Assembly: GCA_003213015.1 (NCBI GenBank)
Contig: QCOG01000004.1
Coordinates: 13,486 to 77,485 of the forward strand
DNA: 64,000 nt
Direction of reading: 5' to 3'
Source of the DNA: Pelagibacteraceae bacterium AG-430-F16
GTDB taxonomy: Bacteria; Pseudomonadota; Alphaproteobacteria; Pelagibacterales; Pelagibacteraceae
Shown here: piece by piece, positions 52,217-62,939 of the stretch
Numbering within the stretch: position 1 is the stretch's first letter
How the letters are laid out: every line of letters starts with the position of its first letter
Made by a program: the position numbers and the translations under genes
Notes under the pieces: generated by a model
Databases searched by the model: none
Told to the model about the DNA's origin: nothing
Seen by the model: the letters and a program-made list of their open reading frames with translations, nothing else

Positions 52217-53542
52217 ATGAGTAAATCTAAGAATCCAGAGACTATTGCTCTACATGGTGGTGAATATAGAAGTGATCCAGCAACTACTGCTGTTGCTGTG
52301 CCGATTTATAGAACAACATCATATCAGTTTAATAATACTGGACATGCAGCAAACTTATTTGCACTTAAGGAGTTTGGAAATATCTATACAAGGATTATGA
52401 ACCCAACAAATGATGTCTTGGAAAAAAGAGTTGCAGCAATTGAAAACGGGCTAGCCTGTGTGACTGTTGGTTCGGGACAAGCAGCATCTACATTTGCAAT
52501 TCTAAATGTATGTCAGTCTGGAGATAACTTTGTTAGTTCAACAGATCTATATGGTGGAACAGTAAACTTATTTACACATACTTTAAAAAAACTTGGTATA
52601 GAAGTAAGGTATGCTGATCCCTCTGATCCAAAAAATTTTGAAAAAGCAATAGATGATAAAACAAGATGTTTCTATGCAGAAACATTGCCTAATCCTGCTT
52701 TAAGAGTTTTTCCAATAAAAGAAGTTTCAGATATTGGAAGAAAGCACAATATACCTCTAATAATGGATAATACTGCAGCACCAGTTATATGTAAGCCTTT
52801 AGACCATGGTGCGGCTGTTGTTGTTCATTCTTTAACTAAATTCATTGGAGGTCATGGCACAGTAATTGGTGGATGTTTAGTTGATGGAGGAAATTTTGAC
52901 TGGACAGCTGATCCAAAAAGACAACCATTGTTTAATGAGCCAGATATGAGTTATGGTGGAGCAAAATGGGGTGAAGTTGTACCTCAATTGACTGGAGCCA
53001 ATGTATCTTTTGCCGTAAGAGCAAGAGTATGTTTATTAAGGGACTTAGGAGCACCTTTAGCACCTGATAATGCATGGGGTATTATACAAGGGTTAGAGAC
53101 AGCACCTTTAAGAATGAAACAACACTGTTCAAATGCAGAAAAGGCTGTTGATTTTTTAACTAAGCACAAAAATGTTGAAAGAGTTATATATCCAACACTT
53201 CACAAAGGAGCAGTTGGCGATAGAACTAAGAAATATTTTTCTGGAGGTAATGGTGCTCTAGTTGGTATTGAAGTTAAAGGCGGTGTAGAAGCTGGTAAAA
53301 AGTTTATTGAGGCTTTAAAAATGTTTTATCATGTAGCAAATATTGGAGATGCAAGAAGTTTAGCTATCCACCCTGCTACAACTACGCATAGTCAGCTTAC
53401 TGAAGAAGAATTATTAGCAGCTGGTGTTACACCTGGATACATAAGACTATCAATAGGTATTGAGCATCCAGATGATATTATTGCTGACTTAAAACAAGCA
53501 CTTGATGCTTCAGGTAAGCCAAGTCTGAAGGCTGTAAGTTAA
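52217..53542 (+). CDS. metY: O-acetylhomoserine sulfhydrylase (PLP enzyme)
   Basis: PIYRTTSY.F, YTRIMNPT, HSLTKFIGGHG, ANIGDARSL.IHPA.TTH. Confidence 0.92.
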   Translation: MSKSKNPETIALHGGEYRSDPATTAVAVPIYRTTSYQFNNTGHAANLFALKEFGNIYTRIMNPTNDVLEKRVAAIENGLACVTVGSGQAASTFAILNVCQSGDNFVSSTDLYGGTVNLFTHTLKKLGIEVRYADPSDPKNFEKAIDDKTRCFYAETLPNPALRVFPIKEVSDIGRKHNIPLIMDNTAAPVICKPLDHGAAVVVHSLTKFIGGHGTVIGGCLVDGGNFDWTADPKRQPLFNEPDMSYGGAKWGEVVPQLTGANVSFAVRARVCLLRDLGAPLAPDNAWGIIQGLETAPLRMKQHCSNAEKAVDFLTKHKNVERVIYPTLHKGAVGDRTKKYFSGGNGALVGIEVKGGVEAGKKFIEALKMFYHVANIGDARSLAIHPATTTHSQLTEEELLAAGVTPGYIRLSIGIEHPDDIIADLKQALDASGKPSLKAVS

Positions 53543-54555
53543 TTTTTCTTAGTGTTTATAAATAAAAAGTAAACACTAAAGCTTACAAGTAGAATTGAAC
53601 TAATTTGGTGCATAGATGCAATAAACATTTGTGCACCACTAGTTACTGTCAAAATTCCTAACACTATTTGAAGCAATAATATGAAACCTAAAACTATAAC
53701 TGTTTTATTAAACTTTATTAATTTATTAGAAATTACCAAATAAAGAGTAATCAGATATACAAACATTATTAAATAGGCAAGATTTCGATGCATAAATTGA
53801 ACAAGAGACGGTTCGTTAAAAGCTGAAATCTTAAACAAGTTGTAGAGATTATTGTCATTTGGAAAAAACGTTGATCCCATTAGTGGCCATGAATTATAAA
53901 TTTTTCCGGCATCCATTCCCGAAACAAAAGCACCCACAATTATTTGTAAAAAAATCAAGAAAATAAAGATCTCGGGTAATTTAAATTTTATATACTCATA
54001 GTTAGAATTTAATTTTATTTTAAGATTGAAAATTTGCCAAAGTATGAGTGTTAGGATAATAAAGGCAGTTGTTAGGTGAAGAGATAATCTAAAATGGCTT
54101 ACATCAACTTTGTTAACTAATCCGCTCATAACCATATACCAACCTATAAACCCTTGAGCACATATAAGTATAAATATAAATATATATGATTTATTTTTTT
54201 TGAAACCTAGTCTGAAAATAAAATATATTAATGGTATTAGAAAAAATAAACCTATTATTCTACCCAAAAATCTATGAGCCCACTCCCACCAGAAAATTAC
54301 TTTAAATTCATCTAGTGACATATTGAAGTTTTGTAATTTATATTCAGGTATTTCCTTGTATAGATTAAAATAAACAACCCATTCAGTATTTGAAAAAGGT
54401 GGTAAAAATCCTTTAAATAATTCCCATTCAGTAATGGATAAACCTGAGTCAGTTAATCTTGTAAGCCCACCAACAACTATTATTGATGAAACTAAGATAA
54501 ACATAATGATTAACCAAAAAGACAGTAAATTTTCTATATTTTTATTTATGTACAT
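53539..54555 (-). CDS. ctaA: Heme A synthase COX15/CtaA
   Basis: GGLTRLTDSGLSITEW, WEWAHR, GWYMV.SGL, HL, QFMHR, HQ. Confidence 0.94.
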   Translation of the reverse strand: MYINKNIENLLSFWLIIMFILVSSIIVVGGLTRLTDSGLSITEWELFKGFLPPFSNTEWVVYFNLYKEIPEYKLQNFNMSLDEFKVIFWWEWAHRFLGRIIGLFFLIPLIYFIFRLGFKKNKSYIFIFILICAQGFIGWYMVMSGLVNKVDVSHFRLSLHLTTAFIILTLILWQIFNLKIKLNSNYEYIKFKLPEIFIFLIFLQIIVGAFVSGMDAGKIYNSWPLMGSTFFPNDNNLYNLFKISAFNEPSLVQFMHRNLAYLIMFVYLITLYLVISNKLIKFNKTVIVLGFILLLQIVLGILTVTSGAQMFIASMHQISSILLVSFSVYFLFINTKKN

Positions 54556-54598
54556 ATATGAATAAATATAATAATTATAATTAAATCCAAAAGATTAA

Positions 54599-54892
54599 AT
54601 GTCGCCTAATAATAAAAAAAAATTAATTATTTTAAGAAAAAAACTAGATTTACTTGATAATCAACTAATCAAAATATTAAAAAAGAGATTTAATGTTGTT
54701 CAAAGCGTCTTAAAGCTTAAAGAAAAAAAGAGTGAAATAATTGATAAAAAAAGAATTAATGTAATTTTAAATAATATTAAGAAAAAATCTAAAAAGAATA
54801 AAATAGATACTAGGATTACTCTAAAGGTATGGAAAAGTATGATTAACGCTTTTATTCAATACGAATTTAGAAATTTTAAGAAAAAAAAATAA
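54599..54892 (+). CDS. Stand-alone AroQ-type chorismate mutase
   Basis: LRKKLD.LD..L..IL.KR...V..V..LK...I.DKKR. Confidence 0.8.
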   Translation: MSPNNKKKLIILRKKLDLLDNQLIKILKKRFNVVQSVLKLKEKKSEIIDKKRINVILNNIKKKSKKNKIDTRITLKVWKSMINAFIQYEFRNFKKKK

Positions 54893-54896
54893 GTTA

Positions 54897-55088
54897 TTAT
54901 TTACTATGTGGGGGTAGTTTTTTTTCAACAAAAATTTCATGCTTTCTTGTTGAGGGGTTATACTTTTTTGCTTTTAGCTTGATCTTGGCCTTTTCACCAC
55001 CAGCTGGTTTTTTCACATAATAAAAAAATGGACTATCAGGTTTAGCCTCTGGAACTAATCTAACCTTAACGTGTGTTTTTTTTGCCAT
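54897..55088 (-). CDS. rpmG: 50S ribosomal protein L33 (Cys-free)
   Basis: MAKK...KVRL...YYVKK...KKYNP..RKH..F.EKK. Confidence 0.85.
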   Translation of the reverse strand: MAKKTHVKVRLVPEAKPDSPFFYYVKKPAGGEKAKIKLKAKKYNPSTRKHEIFVEKKLPPHSK

Positions 55089-55455
55089 TTGAGGTTTTTA
55101 GTTCCTTTATTAATTTATTAATTTTATTTAGCTTATATTTTAAATTTAAAGTATTTATAGTTTTATTTTCATTAGCGTCAATATCAAAAAAATCTTCATT
55201 TAATTGTTTTTTAACACCAGAAATAGTCATTCCTTTATCCTTAAGTAAGAATTTAATTTTCTTCAAAACATCTATACTTTTCTCATCATAATGTCTTCTT
55301 TTATTTATTATAATTGGTTTTATTTGTTTAAACTCACTTTCCCAATAGCGAATTGTATGAGTATTCTTTTTATTTCCAATAGAGTCTAATTTTAGTATTT
55401 CAGCAACTTCACCAATTGTTTTATAGGCTTTTGAGCTTTTTTTCATTATTCTCAT
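55066..55455 (-). CDS. MerR family transcriptional regulator (start may be 55446)
   Basis: YKTIGEVA, HTIRYWESEF.QIKP, RRHY, GMTI.GV; follows ihfA. Confidence 0.9.
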   Translation of the reverse strand: MRIMKKSSKAYKTIGEVAEILKLDSIGNKKNTHTIRYWESEFKQIKPIIINKRRHYDEKSIDVLKKIKFLLKDKGMTISGVKKQLNEDFFDIDANENKTINTLNLKYKLNKINKLIKELKTSNGKKNTR

Positions 55456-55735
55456 TAATAAAGTTTTTAAAATCTTTAGATGGTTTAAATAACACTACAT
55501 TTCTCTCTTTAATAATTTTTTCCTCTTTTGTTTTAGGGTTCCTCCCAATACGACTCTTTTTAAAACGTATGTGAAAAGTTCCAAAATTTGATATTTTTAC
55601 TACTTTGTTTTTTTTTAGATTTTTTATAATGTTAGATAAAATATCTTCAAGGATACTTTCAGACATTTTTTTTGAGAAACCTATTCGCATAAATACAGAA
55701 TTAATAATCTCTTTTTTTGTAAGGTTTACTCTCAT
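55421..55735 (-). CDS. ihfA: Integration host factor alpha subunit
   Basis: LTKKEI, VKISNFGTF, R.GRNPKT.EE, VLFKPS. Confidence 0.85.
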   Translation of the reverse strand: MRVNLTKKEIINSVFMRIGFSKKMSESILEDILSNIIKNLKKNKVVKISNFGTFHIRFKKSRIGRNPKTKEEKIIKERNVVLFKPSKDFKNFINENNEKKLKSL

Positions 55736-56739
55736 TAAGTAATTATGTTATGTTTAATTTTTTCAATTAAATTTCCATTAACTATTTTTTCACAAACTTT
55801 TAATGAGTTAGAAAAACCAATATGGTCTGTTGAGCCGTGACTTTTAACTACAGGTGAGTTGAGGCCTATAAGAATTGCTCCATTATAAAGTCTGGGATCT
55901 AATTTGTCTTTTACTTTCTTTAAATTTTTAATATTTAAAAATGATAGAACTTTTCCATACAAATTTGATGTCATTGAATTTTTCACTTCCTTCATTATAA
56001 AATTTGCAGTCCCTTCAGCTGTTTTAAGAGCAATGTTTCCAGTAAAACCATCTGTAACAATAACATTTACATCACCTGACATAATGTTATTACCCTCAAT
56101 GTAACCGGCAAAATTAAATTCATCACTTTTTTTTTCACTTAAAATTTTGTAAGCACTTTTTATTGTTTCATTACCTTTAATATCTTCTGATCCAATATTT
56201 AATAATGCTACCTTTGGCTCTTCTTCAGGAAAAAGAGATTTAAATAAAGATGAACCCATTATTGCAAAATCTATTAAATTTTTTTCATTACATTCAATAT
56301 TGGCTCCAAGATCAAGCACAACATTCATTCCTAATTTATTTGGCCATAAGGCAGATAGGGCTGGTTTATCAATATTTTCTATCATTTCTAAATTCATTTT
56401 TGCAATAACAAATAATGCACCTGTATTTCCTGCAGATATTATAATGTCCGACTCTTTTGCTTTAACACTTTCTATTGCTTTCCACATACTTGAATCTTTT
56501 CCTTTTTTTGCCGCTGTTAATGGAGAGTCGGTATCAAGTATTTTGTCTTTAGTATCGAAAATTTTAAAAGAATTTCCTTTTAAATCTTTTATTAATTCTT
56601 TTATTTCTTCTTCATTACCAAATATATTGTAATTTATATTTTTCGTTAATTGAGAATGGTGGATTATTCCATCTATGGTTTTTTTTGGTGAACCTTCCCC
56701 CCCCATTGCATCAACTGCAATATTTAAGATTTTGGTCAT
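55735..56739 (-). CDS. plsX: Phosphate acyltransferase PlsX
   Basis: IAVDAMGG, SAGNTGA, LDLGAN, DGFTGNIALK.AEG, KSHG. Confidence 0.96.
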   Translation of the reverse strand: MTKILNIAVDAMGGEGSPKKTIDGIIHHSQLTKNINYNIFGNEEEIKELIKDLKGNSFKIFDTKDKILDTDSPLTAAKKGKDSSMWKAIESVKAKESDIIISAGNTGALFVIAKMNLEMIENIDKPALSALWPNKLGMNVVLDLGANIECNEKNLIDFAIMGSSLFKSLFPEEEPKVALLNIGSEDIKGNETIKSAYKILSEKKSDEFNFAGYIEGNNIMSGDVNVIVTDGFTGNIALKTAEGTANFIMKEVKNSMTSNLYGKVLSFLNIKNLKKVKDKLDPRLYNGAILIGLNSPVVKSHGSTDHIGFSNSLKVCEKIVNGNLIEKIKHNIIT

Positions 56740-56748
56740 ATAGAAAAT

Positions 56749-56928
56749 CTATTCCTTGGGATCTAGTACCTGTCTACCTTTATAAGTACCAGTTTTTAAA
56801 TCTAAATGGTGTGAAAGACGATACTCACCGGATTTTTTATCTTCAATAACATTTTTAGTATTGAATTGAATATGAGATCTTCTTTTTCCAGTTCTCGATT
56901 TAGTAGTTTTACGTTTTGGTACAGCCAT
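56749..56928 (-). CDS. rpmF: 50S ribosomal protein L32 (Cys-free)
   Basis: Manual translation [19 protein letters not shown]...GEYRLSHH...G.YKGRQV; below the ORF-track cutoff. Confidence 0.95.
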   Translation of the reverse strand: MAVPKRKTTKSRTGKRRSHIQFNTKNVIEDKKSGEYRLSHHLDLKTGTYKGRQVLDPKE

Positions 56929-56931
56929 AAT

Positions 56932-57405
56932 TTAAAACTTATGATTTATTACACTCTTTGTAAATGATTTTAAAGTAGTTTTTGACAAATATATTTCAAA
57001 GTTATCAAAATAACTAACAATTTCTAGATGATTATCTTTCAATTTATAATAAAAACCCAAAATTTCACTCTTTTTTTCGTTATCTAAATTGTCCCAATCA
57101 TTAATTTTATCCAAAATTGAGTAAAAAATATTTATGTAATCTTTCATTTTTTTGTTAATTGATACATCGCCGTAACCAATCTCTCTCAGACTAAGCTCAA
57201 TTTGTCTAAAAAAATAATCAAAAAATTTCTGAAGATATTTTTTATCAGTATTTTTTTTGTATTCACGTAAAAAGAAAGCAAAATGAAACAACAAAATAAG
57301 TATTCTGTCAGAAAATGTATCTTTATCTGTGAAAATAGAAAAAAGACTTTTATTTCGTGAGAGATTAACTAAAGTGTTATATAAATTTACAAATTCTTTT
57401 ATCAT
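56932..57405 (-). CDS. Ubiquinol-cytochrome c chaperone family (Cbp3/UQCC1-like)
   Basis: DTFSDR..IL.FH, LRE.GYGD.SI.KKMK; usual bamE / cbp3-rpmF-plsX synteny. Confidence 0.8.
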   Translation of the reverse strand: MIKEFVNLYNTLVNLSRNKSLFSIFTDKDTFSDRILILLFHFAFFLREYKKNTDKKYLQKFFDYFFRQIELSLREIGYGDVSINKKMKDYINIFYSILDKINDWDNLDNEKKSEILGFYYKLKDNHLEIVSYFDNFEIYLSKTTLKSFTKSVINHKF

Positions 57406-57874
57406 GAAAAAATTATTACTTATATCTTTACTCCTAATTATTACAAATTGTTCTTTAAATCTAGTCGATGATCACCATGGTGTTTATTTTATTGAGAAAA
57501 AAATAAAAAAAATACAAGTTAACACCACAAATAAAAACGATTTAGTTAAGATTTTTGGAGAACCTTCAACTAAGAGTACCTTTGACAATGATGTGTGGAT
57601 ATATATAGAGAGAAAAATTACAAATACTCATTTTCTTGGAAAAAGAGAATTAATTGTAAACAACGTTCTCGTGCTTGAAATAGATAGTAGAGGTTTGTTA
57701 GCAAAAATTGACTTTTATAATATTGATGACATGAATAAGTTAAAATTTGATAAAGATAATACAGATATCACGTTTAGCAAAAGAAATTTTATATATGATT
57801 TCTTATCAAGTATGCGACAAAAAGTCAATGATCCTCTAGGTGTAAGAAAAAAACGAAGAGATCAAGGTCAGTAA
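57404..57874 (+). CDS. bamE: Outer membrane assembly lipoprotein BamE
   Basis: Lipobox ITNC, HG, T.K.D....G.PS.KSTFD...W.YI; start taken at MKKLLL. Confidence 0.82.
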   Translation: MKKLLLISLLLIITNCSLNLVDDHHGVYFIEKKIKKIQVNTTNKNDLVKIFGEPSTKSTFDNDVWIYIERKITNTHFLGKRELIVNNVLVLEIDSRGLLAKIDFYNIDDMNKLKFDKDNTDITFSKRNFIYDFLSSMRQKVNDPLGVRKKRRDQGQ

Positions 57875-57878
57875 TTTA

Positions 57879-59984
57879 TTAACCTGCAATAACCGCTAAA
57901 AGTAATAGAGCTACAATATTTGTAATCTTTATCATTGGATTTACTGCTGGACCTGCCGTATCTTTATAAGGATCCCCAACTGTATCACCAGTAACTGCAG
58001 CTTTATGAGCTTCAGAACCTTTTCCACCGTGATTACCGTCTTCAATATATTTTTTTGCGTTATCCCATGCACCACCACCAGCTGTCATAGAGATTGCAAC
58101 AAATAGACCGGTGATTATAACTCCAAGTAACATAGCGCCCACAGATGATAATGCAGCAACCTGACCACCAATTTGATAAATAATTATATATAAAACTATT
58201 GGTGATAAAACAGGTAAGAGAGAAGGTATAATCATCTCTTTTATTGCGGCTTTAGTTAACAAATCTACTAACTTCCCATAATCTGGTTTAGCTTTTCTTT
58301 TCATTATACCAGGTATCTTTTTAAATTGTCTTCTAACCTCAATTACAACTGCGCCCCCTGCTCTTCCTACAGCTTGCATACCCATAGATCCAAAGAGGTA
58401 AGGCAACATTCCACCAACCAAAAGACCCACAACTACAAACGGATTTGATAGGTCAAAGCTTACAACAACATTTTCTAATTTGGATCCTGGTAGCTCTGAG
58501 AAAAATTTAATATCCTCTGTATATGCAGCAAATAAGACTAAAGCTCCTAATCCAGCAGAACCAATCGCATATCCTTTAGTTACAGCTTTTGTAGTGTTAC
58601 CAACTGCGTCTAAGGCATCAGTAGTCTTTCTTACATTTTTAGGCAAGTTTGACATTTCAGCTATTCCTCCGGCGTTGTCTGTTACCGGTCCATAAGCATC
58701 TAATGCTACTACCATTCCAGCAAGAGCTAACATAGCAGTTACAGCGATCGCTATTCCATATAATCCTGCAATATAATTTGTTAATAAAATTCCACCAACA
58801 ATAATTAGTGCTGGGATTGCTGTTGCTTCCATAGAAACAGCTAGTCCCTGGATTACATTTGTACCATGACCAGTGGTAGATGAAGATGCAACACTTTTCA
58901 CTGGTCTATAATTCGTACCAGTATAGTATTCTGTTACCCATATAAGAAGACCTGTAATTACTAATCCTATCACACTACAGTAATAAAGACTTAAACCAGA
59001 AAACTGCTTGTCGTCAATTGAATATAGTTTATCTAAACCTAAAACATAATCAGTCAATGGATATAAAATTAGGAGGGATGTAATTGCAGTAACAATGAAC
59101 CCTTTATAAAGAGCAAGCATTATATTTTTTGATGAACCTAATCTTACAAAAAATGTACCTAGGATTGAAGTAACTATACAAGCGCCTCCAATAGTAAGAG
59201 GATAAACCATCATCATTAAATCATTTTGGAAAAAGATTGATGATAAAACCATTGTGGCAACAATAGTTACTGCATAAGTTTCAAATAAATCAGCTGCCAT
59301 TCCAGCACAATCACCAACGTTATCTCCAACGTTGTCCGCTATTACTGCAGGGTTTCTTGGATCATCTTCTGGAATTCCTGCTTCAACTTTTCCAACTAAA
59401 TCTGCACCAACATCAGCGCCTTTTGTAAAAATTCCACCACCTAATCGTGCAAATATTGAAATAAGTGAAGCGCCAAATCCTAATGCAATGAGTGCATTAA
59501 TTAATTCTCTTTTATCAACATTAAACTTTAAAAGTAAATAATAGTAAACTGCTATAGATAATAAGGCTAATCCGGCTACTAACATTCCGGTAACTGCCCC
59601 TGACTTAAATGCAATTGATAAACCTTTTGATAAACCTTTCCTAGATGCTTCAGCAGTTCTCACATTAGCCTGTACTGAAACTAACATTCCCACATAACCA
59701 GCAATACCAGATAATGCAGCACCAATTAAGTAACCTAGACCCACCAAAAAGCTAAATGAGAAACTTATAATAACAAGAACTACAAAACCAACAATTGCAA
59801 TAGTTTTATACTGTCTGTTTAGATACGCTTTTGCTCCAATTTGAATTGCAGAAGCAATTTCTCTCATCTTGGAGTTTCCTGTACTTGCAGCTAAAATATT
59901 TTTTCCTGTTAAATATCCGTAAACTATTGATAAGATACCAGCTAGAATTGTGTAGATTAAGATTGTTTCAACATTATTGTTCAT
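57879..59984 (-). CDS. hppA: Membrane-bound H+-translocating pyrophosphatase, K+-independent type
   Basis: [30 protein letters not shown] (Lys signature), GDTVGDP.KD. Confidence 0.95.
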   Translation of the reverse strand: MNNNVETILIYTILAGILSIVYGYLTGKNILAASTGNSKMREIASAIQIGAKAYLNRQYKTIAIVGFVVLVIISFSFSFLVGLGYLIGAALSGIAGYVGMLVSVQANVRTAEASRKGLSKGLSIAFKSGAVTGMLVAGLALLSIAVYYYLLLKFNVDKRELINALIALGFGASLISIFARLGGGIFTKGADVGADLVGKVEAGIPEDDPRNPAVIADNVGDNVGDCAGMAADLFETYAVTIVATMVLSSIFFQNDLMMMVYPLTIGGACIVTSILGTFFVRLGSSKNIMLALYKGFIVTAITSLLILYPLTDYVLGLDKLYSIDDKQFSGLSLYYCSVIGLVITGLLIWVTEYYTGTNYRPVKSVASSSTTGHGTNVIQGLAVSMEATAIPALIIVGGILLTNYIAGLYGIAIAVTAMLALAGMVVALDAYGPVTDNAGGIAEMSNLPKNVRKTTDALDAVGNTTKAVTKGYAIGSAGLGALVLFAAYTEDIKFFSELPGSKLENVVVSFDLSNPFVVVGLLVGGMLPYLFGSMGMQAVGRAGGAVVIEVRRQFKKIPGIMKRKAKPDYGKLVDLLTKAAIKEMIIPSLLPVLSPIVLYIIIYQIGGQVAALSSVGAMLLGVIITGLFVAISMTAGGGAWDNAKKYIEDGNHGGKGSEAHKAAVTGDTVGDPYKDTAGPAVNPMIKITNIVALLLLAVIAG

Positions 59985-60064
59985 AAATTCCTTATGTATT
60001 AAAAGTTTCTATTTAAAAAAAATGGACATTACAAAAATAATTGTAAAAGGCAATATAATATTAG

Positions 60065-61027
60065 TTAAAATTGATGAGTATAACCAAGGTTTTTATTTAT
60101 TCTAAACTTCTTATTACCTTTTAAAATACATGAATCTTGATATTTTTTTATGATTTTGCCGATTCTTTGAATTTTAAGTTGTTTATTTTTAGCATACTTA
60201 TTGATTAAGGATCGGTTTTTTTTATGAGAGGTAAAAATAATTTCATAATCGTCACCATTAAAAACTGTATTTTCAACTTTTAATCTTTTATTTCTAATTA
60301 AAACCTTCTTGAGTTGATTTGATAATTTTATGTCATCTAATATAATTGAAAAACCATATTTTTGTTGTCTTGTCATTTTTTTTAAGTCAATCAATAACCC
60401 ATCAGATATATCAATAGAAGTATTTGCAAATTTTTGTAGAAAATTTACCATCTTTAAATTAATAGATGGCATATAAAATTTAGAAATGAAGTATTTCTTT
60501 AAATGTTTTTGTATTGAAATTTTTTTTTTTAATATTTGAAGACCTATGAAACTATCGCCCAGGTGACCCGTAATGTATATATCGTCTCCAACCATTGAAT
60601 CATGTCTTTTAATAATCTTATTGGAAAATCCTATAACACAACATGTAAAAGAGTTTGTATTAGAATAAACGGTATCTCCACCAGATAATTCAATATCAAA
60701 TCTTTTTTGTTCTAACGATAAAGAGTTTGAAATCTTTTTTAAATTTTTGTTAGAGAATGATCTTGAGTTACCACTAGCCGAAATGAAATAATATTTAGGT
60801 TTAACGCCCTTGCAAATTAAATCCGATAGAGATGATCTTAAAATCTTTTTTATTACAAGATCGGGTTCTTTAAAATTCGGAAAGTGTACTTTTTCAACAT
60901 AAGTATCTACTGTTACTGCTAATTTTTTCGATTTATCAAAAAAAATATCATCATTGAGACCTTGAGATGAATTTTGTCTTTTTGTTAACCTTTTAAGAAA
61001 TTTGTCAATTATTTGAACTTCGTTCAT
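60065..61027 (-). CDS. thiL: Thiamine-monophosphate kinase
   Basis: E..II..F, DD, D..VE.VHF, LSD, GGDT, DISDGL, GDDYE. Confidence 0.9.
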   Translation of the reverse strand: MNEVQIIDKFLKRLTKRQNSSQGLNDDIFFDKSKKLAVTVDTYVEKVHFPNFKEPDLVIKKILRSSLSDLICKGVKPKYYFISASGNSRSFSNKNLKKISNSLSLEQKRFDIELSGGDTVYSNTNSFTCCVIGFSNKIIKRHDSMVGDDIYITGHLGDSFIGLQILKKKISIQKHLKKYFISKFYMPSINLKMVNFLQKFANTSIDISDGLLIDLKKMTRQQKYGFSIILDDIKLSNQLKKVLIRNKRLKVENTVFNGDDYEIIFTSHKKNRSLINKYAKNKQLKIQRIGKIIKKYQDSCILKGNKKFRINKNLGYTHQF

Positions 61028-61423
61028 TTAGGCCCTTATCTTATTTGATATTTTATCTAATAGTGCATTAAGGTATTTCGTTTGTGATAAATCTATAAAA
61101 TAATTAGATGCATTGAGATATTCTTTGATAATTATTTTTGAGGAAACATTTGGTTTATATAAAAATTCAAAAATAGCACTTTTAATTATTATTATAAAAA
61201 TTTTATCAATTTTTTTAAGTTTAATGTCATTTTCTAAATGTATTTGAATTTCATTATCAATTACTTCGTTTCGTTCAATTGTGCCTTTTACAACATCCTT
61301 TATAAATTTCTTAAATCTGTGTTTAGGAAATGTTAATTTTTCATCTTTATTAAAAAATTTTCCATATAATTTTTGAATTATAATTACTCTAGGATTGTTT
61401 TTTGGACTATATTGAAGCTGCAT
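61028..61423 (-). CDS. nusB: Transcription antitermination factor NusB
   Basis: R...IQ.LY, I...I.EF, KIII.EY...S, NALLD; follows ribH. Confidence 0.85.
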   Translation of the reverse strand: MQLQYSPKNNPRVIIIQKLYGKFFNKDEKLTFPKHRFKKFIKDVVKGTIERNEVIDNEIQIHLENDIKLKKIDKIFIIIIKSAIFEFLYKPNVSSKIIIKEYLNASNYFIDLSQTKYLNALLDKISNKIRA

Positions 61424-61425
61424 TT

Positions 61426-61839
61426 TTATTCGTCGCCAATCAAAAGCTCAACTGCTGCATCCGCAGCTTCTTTGCCTTTATTTTTATGTGATTTATCTGC
61501 ACGTTTAACTGCTTGGTCTTTATTAAGGCAAGTTAAAATTCCATTTCCGATAGGTTTTTTATTTTCAATAGATAATTTCATTATGGCATCTATTGAAGAT
61601 TTGCTGATAAATTCAAAATGAGGTGTTTCACCTTTGATAACACATCCTAAGGCTATAAAGGCATCATATTTTTTTAAATTTTTTGATATCGCATATGGTA
61701 TTTCGAAAACACCTGGAACATATATGGTTTTTGTTTTAATCTTTTTTTTATGAATATTTAAAACATCATTTGCACCATCAACTAGCATATTGATAATATC
61801 TTCATAATATTTTGATGCGACTATACAAATTTTTTTCAT
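61426..61839 (-). CDS. ribH: 6,7-dimethyl-8-ribityllumazine synthase
   Basis: VPGVFEIP, LGCVIKGETPHF, GNGILT. Confidence 0.96.
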   Translation of the reverse strand: MKKICIVASKYYEDIINMLVDGANDVLNIHKKKIKTKTIYVPGVFEIPYAISKNLKKYDAFIALGCVIKGETPHFEFISKSSIDAIMKLSIENKKPIGNGILTCLNKDQAVKRADKSHKNKGKEAADAAVELLIGDE

Positions 61840-62939
61840 TTTATTATTTCTTGTTTAGTAATTTTAATTCCAAAACCTTCTAGACCAATAACTTTTTTAG
61901 GCGATCTAGTAACTAATATCATATTTTTAACTCTTAAAGCTTTAATAATTTGAGCTCCAATACCATAGTTTCTAATTAATTTATCAGTTCCTATTTTATT
62001 TTTCCTATCAGATTTAAAGTCTCTTAAAGTGGAAGAGACGGACTTTAAATTAGAGTCTCTTATAAAGACTAATATACAATTATTATAATCTTTAAAATAA
62101 TCTAACGTATTATTAAATGAATTAGGCAATCTCTTTCCTAGTAAATAACTTTCAACTAAATTAGAAGATATTACTCGAACTCTAGTATTTTTACTGGGGC
62201 TGATTTTACCTTTTATTAATGCAAAATGTTCAGAGCCATCAAGTTGATTTTCAAAAATTTTTATTTGATATTTTTTATTTTTAATTACAATTTTATCAGT
62301 TTTTTTAAGCTTGACTAATTTTTCATTCTTTAATCTATAAGAAATTAAATCTTCTATTTTTGCTATCGCCAATTTATGTTTATTAGCAAATTCAAAAAGC
62401 TCTTTGCCTTTTGTCATTACTCCTTTATCGTTCATTATTTCACATATTACTGCTGAAGGATTTTTTTTAGCTAGTTTTGATATATCAACTGAGGCCTCTG
62501 TATGGCCTGCTCTCACTAAAACTCCACCATCCTTTGAGATGATTGGAAAAATATGTCCTGGCGAAACTATATCTTTTTTTTTAACATTTGTTTTTATTGC
62601 AGTTTTAATTGTTAAAGACCTATCTTTGGCAGAAATTCCAGTTGTAACTCCCCTTCTTGCCTCTATTGAAATTGTAAAAGCTGTTTGGTTTCTTGACTTA
62701 TTGATTGGAGACATGAGAGAAAGGTTTAATTTTTTTGCTTGCTTGTTAGTTAACGCTAAACAAATTAATCCTCTTCCATATTTAGCCATAAAATTAATTT
62801 TATTAGGAGAAACATTTGAAGCTGGTATTACTAAATCCCCTTCATTTTCTCTATTTTCATCATCTACAAGGATATACATTTCACCTTTCTTGGCTTTACG
62901 AACAATATTTTCTACAGAGCTAAACTTTTTTGTTTTCAT
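61836..62939 (-). CDS. ribB: DHBP synthase fused to a degenerate GTP cyclohydrolase II-like domain (RibBX type)
   Basis: DDENRENEGD, R.GHTEA, VICEI; the C-terminal domain lacks the Cys zinc ligands but keeps R.YGIGAQI..LG. Confidence 0.9.
   Translation of the reverse strand: MKTKKFSSVENIVRKAKKGEMYILVDDENRENEGDLVIPASNVSPNKINFMAKYGRGLICLALTNKQAKKLNLSLMSPINKSRNQTAFTISIEARRGVTTGISAKDRSLTIKTAIKTNVKKKDIVSPGHIFPIISKDGGVLVRAGHTEASVDISKLAKKNPSAVICEIMNDKGVMTKGKELFEFANKHKLAIAKIEDLISYRLKNEKLVKLKKTDKIVIKNKKYQIKIFENQLDGSEHFALIKGKISPSKNTRVRVISSNLVESYLLGKRLPNSFNNTLDYFKDYNNCILVFIRDSNLKSVSSTLRDFKSDRKNKIGTDKLIRNYGIGAQIIKALRVKNMILVTRSPKKVIGLEGFGIKITKQEIIK

Noticed and set aside
57879-59984. Na+-pumping or K+-dependent pyrophosphatase
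   Set aside because: GNTTKA carries the Lys signature of K+-independent H+-PPases.
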